Shown: piece after piece, positions 24,570-64,000 of the stretch | How the letters are laid out: each line of letters starts with the position of its first letter | Position numbering within the stretch: the stretch's first letter is position 1 | From: Podarcis cretensis | Lineage: Eukaryota | NCBI GenBank assembly: GCA_951804945.1 | Contig: OX638150.1 | Coordinates: 4,402,001-4,466,000 of the forward strand | Length of the DNA stretch: 64,000 nt | Reading direction: 5' to 3' | Notes under the pieces: generated by a model | Databases searched by the model: none | Told to the model about the DNA's origin: nothing | The model's input: the letters and a program-made list of their open reading frames with translations, nothing else | Position numbers and translations under genes: made by a program

Positions 24570-25822
24570 TTCTCCAAATGGGTGGCACTATTTTTATTTA
24601 AAAGGACTGTAGAAAGTTATCTTCATTTTTTAGCAGTATTGATTGCTAAAAATTGGAAGCAAGTCTAAGCATACAGTCAATTCATATTTGGCCATTAAAA
24701 GATCTACAACCTAGACAATGTAATGGAACAGTCATATGTGCTTTGACTTCAGGGGAATACACCTGAAGTTAAGTGTGGTTTGGAAGCTTGAGATAATGAG
24801 GGAAAGGTGAGAATCTCTTACGGTAAATGCTTGATGCATTCGGATGTTAACCTTAAATCAGAGATGAAGTACTAAGTGGACAAGCATTGGGATCATACAC
24901 TCTCACTTCCCTCTCTTCCTCCAGCGAGGGAGAACACTGGAAGCACCTGTTTCCATTTTCAGCTAACTGCAATTGGTCACTGTACCAAACCGGGACTTCA
25001 TACATTACACTTTTCTTACCTGATGTGTCTTTGTAACAGATGTCATTTTGTACATTTTTTAAAATGAAAAATAAAAGCGCAGTAGCCAGGACCAAAGGGA
25101 TGAGGTTCACACAGCATTTCACCTGGTTCTTGCGTAGGGATAAAACTGCAGGTGCTTCGCTGCCCTGCTATTCAGGTACCCAAGTGTCAAATACCCCAGC
25201 CATCTGTTCCTTCCTAGATAATTTTCCAACAGCTCTCCACCAACCCCAGGTCCAAGCAACATGCCTGGGTTAACTCTGGTGAAAGACAATGTTGCCAAGC
25301 CACGAGGGTCTGACCGCTGTGCCATCCCAAAGAGAAAGGGAGGAAGCAGCTTTAAAGTGACAGACGATTTTTTTTATATTTAAAAACCAAATAATATTAT
25401 TATTAATAATAAACCAAGATTAAATAAAATGTACAGTGAACATACCCAGCCAACATCTGTATGTGCAATTAAATACGGCTCCGTACCGCGGCACAACGCT
25501 GAACGAAAACAATATACACGTGTTCCGGAGAGGGGTTGAGGGGTGGGACATGTTCTTTCACGCAAAAAAATAAAAATAAAAAAATAAAAAACAGAAACCC
25601 CCAAAACAAAGCAAAAAAATCAATGTCTCTCTCTTCATTCTGTCCATATAAATATCTTCAGAAAGATTCCCCCCTCCCCCACCAAAAATAAAAAGGGGAG
25701 GAGGTGCATGTGGGATAAAAGGAGGAGGATGGTGGGGGAGGGCAGAAGAGGGCAGCCAAGGAGGCCCGAGAGGCCAGTCCAGTGTGCTTGTTGCCCCCGC
25801 CCCACCCCCCCTCCGCCTGCCC
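24570..25822 (-). other. R3HDM2: R3HDM2 3'UTR (approximate; end uncertain)
   Basis: Repeat-free U/AU-rich sequence after the stop; canonical AATAAA on the minus strand at 24598-24593; a variant AATATA near 25375 could give a shorter end. Confidence 0.45.
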
Positions 25823-62159
<36,337 letters not shown>

Positions 62160-62939
62160 TTAGAAGAACAGACAAGACAAGCACAAGTAGCTACACTGAG
62201 AAGGACCAGCTCAGCGAATACCACCCATCACATGAATTAGCATGGAGGCTGGTGAGTTTTACAGGCAGCTCCTGGCAATGTGGGCTGCCATATGTGTAGA
62301 ATGGTCTGTATCGTAGCTGCTCAAGGCCTACCCAGAAACAGAGATCTAAAAGGCACATTGACCTCCTAAGATACAGATCAGGCAGGGGAAAGAATCTGAA
62401 TGGTCTTGGGATCTCTTTCTGATCAGACAGCAGATGAACTGCATCTCTCAAACAGCAGGCCTGGACCAGATTAACCATTAAGCAAGCAGCCTAAGGCCCC
62501 AGCAAATGTGGGATCTTCCCTTCCGAGATACATTTATTTGGAAGTTTCCCAATGTAGCCCACCTATCCTGCTCCTGGCACACATCATTTTCAAAAATGCC
62601 TCAAAACAAAACATGGGACCTCTCTCTCATTATGAGACAAGGAGAAAATAGAAGCCACTGTGAATCCAGTAGAAAGAAGAAAACATCAATGGCTGGCTGT
62701 CTGGCATGAGAAGATAAAGGAAATTGTAGAACATTTCAGAAGAACAGGATAGATAATAGAGAAGGAAGCTACTACATTGCAGAGTTACAGAGCGGTATAT
62801 GTAAGCAGAGTAGAAAGGGATGCCTGTGATCAGAGATGTCTAGTCCTCTGAGAATACAGCTCTACCAAAAGGACCCCCATGCTAAGCACTTCAAAAATAA
62901 ATGGTGTATTTGGCTTTGAGGCTATATTTGTTTATTCTG

Positions 62940-63340
62940 TGACTAAATTTATATCCCTCCCTTCTTTCCTGAAAAGATGGCATGGGCAGCTAACAACATT
63001 AAATCAACAAACAAACAAATATTTGAACATCTATGGTATTTGGATGTCCGTACTCCCTTCCAAAGGACTGCACAAATAAAAATGCCTTTAAACTCTGCCT
63101 GAACATGGCCAGGAAAGGGGACTGCCTAATGTCCCCAGGAGGGAGTCCCAGAGATGAGGTGCTGACACAGAGAAAGCCCTGTCTTTGCCAGTCACAACAG
63201 AAGTGATGTGAGGAGAGCCCCTTCTCCCTCTAATTTTAAACTGTGTGTTGAGGCAGGGACATATGGAGGGAGGTGATTCTTCAAGCGTTGGCTCCCAAGT
63301 AATTTTGTGCACCCACATGTTAAATTGATCCTAGAAGCGC
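62940..63340 (-). mobile_element. Degenerate L2 3' remnant
   Basis: Minus translation GKDRAFSVSAPHLWDSL, typical L2 ORF2 end motif. Confidence 0.7.
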
Positions 63341-64000
63341 ACCAGCAGCCAGCACAGTGCTCTCAGGTTTGGAGTGTTGAGCTCTCCTCCAGGCACAATC
63401 ATGTGCTCTAACTTGGCCATATTTGTCCCTAGTTTTGCACCACCTCCATTCTAGCCATCTACCAGTCCTTTTCATAGCCCAGAGCTCCACAGAAAATCAA
63501 GGGGCTTTCCAGCTCCCATGGACCTAAAGAGGACACAATCATGTTGATGGCTCTCTACATCTCACCATGCTGCAAGCAGAGCAAGGGCCTCAACAACAGC
63601 AGCAGCAATGCCAGCTAGAAAATTCCCCGGACCATTCAAGAATATTTCATATTCCATAGGTCTCCAGGGGCAGACCATGCTCAAATCTCCCCCACCCCTG
63701 CAGGAAACCAGTCGCTTAAACTTCACAAGGGAGTGATCGATCCATAACAAGGTGATAAGACAACCTCTGATCACCACTGAATCACTCCCAACCCATTCTG
63801 TAACCAAAACAACAACAACAATCAGACTAAACATATGGCCCACGCTCTGTGTTGGACTACTGATGATTTGAGACAACCCTCTGATTGTCATGGCAGCCAT
63901 GAAGTCCTAAACTGATTTCCAACAGGACAGCTTCCATATGGACACTGAAGTCCTTCATGACCAGCATACTAGGGTTCTACAAAACCACACCAGAATCTGC

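Overview
Vertebrate genomic DNA, almost certainly from a squamate reptile and probably a lacertid lizard (inferred from Sauria/Squam-type SINEs, BovB and CR1 LINEs). Two intron-rich genes lie on the minus strand in the conserved tandem order R3HDM2 -> STAC3. R3HDM2 is represented by its 3' part: 13 coding exons from 62070 to the stop at 25823, including a 102-nt alternative exon. STAC3 is represented by its 5' part: 6 coding exons from the ATG at 18270 down to 3562, with the SH3 exons beyond the left edge. All exons were placed by hand, using splice signals, phase continuity and recalled similarity to the human proteins. Nearly all other ORFs in the supplied track are spurious or repeat-derived. 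The introns are full of transposons: Sauria SINEs, Squam2/3-like SINEs, CR1, L2, BovB, L1-like elements, and hAT and Tc1/mariner MITEs. There is one 140-N assembly gap. I see no convincing wholly new biological system. The best leads are: a BovB copy with an inverted 5' end inside one target-site duplication (TSD), resembling twin priming; an L1 fragment with a 135-bp flanking duplication; a sense-oriented half-L1-like element with promoter, splice donors and polyA signal inside R3HDM2; candidate poison and micro-exons in R3HDM2; a 26-codon intra-exonic duplication; a GC-AG intron; and candidate 5'UTR exons of STAC3.
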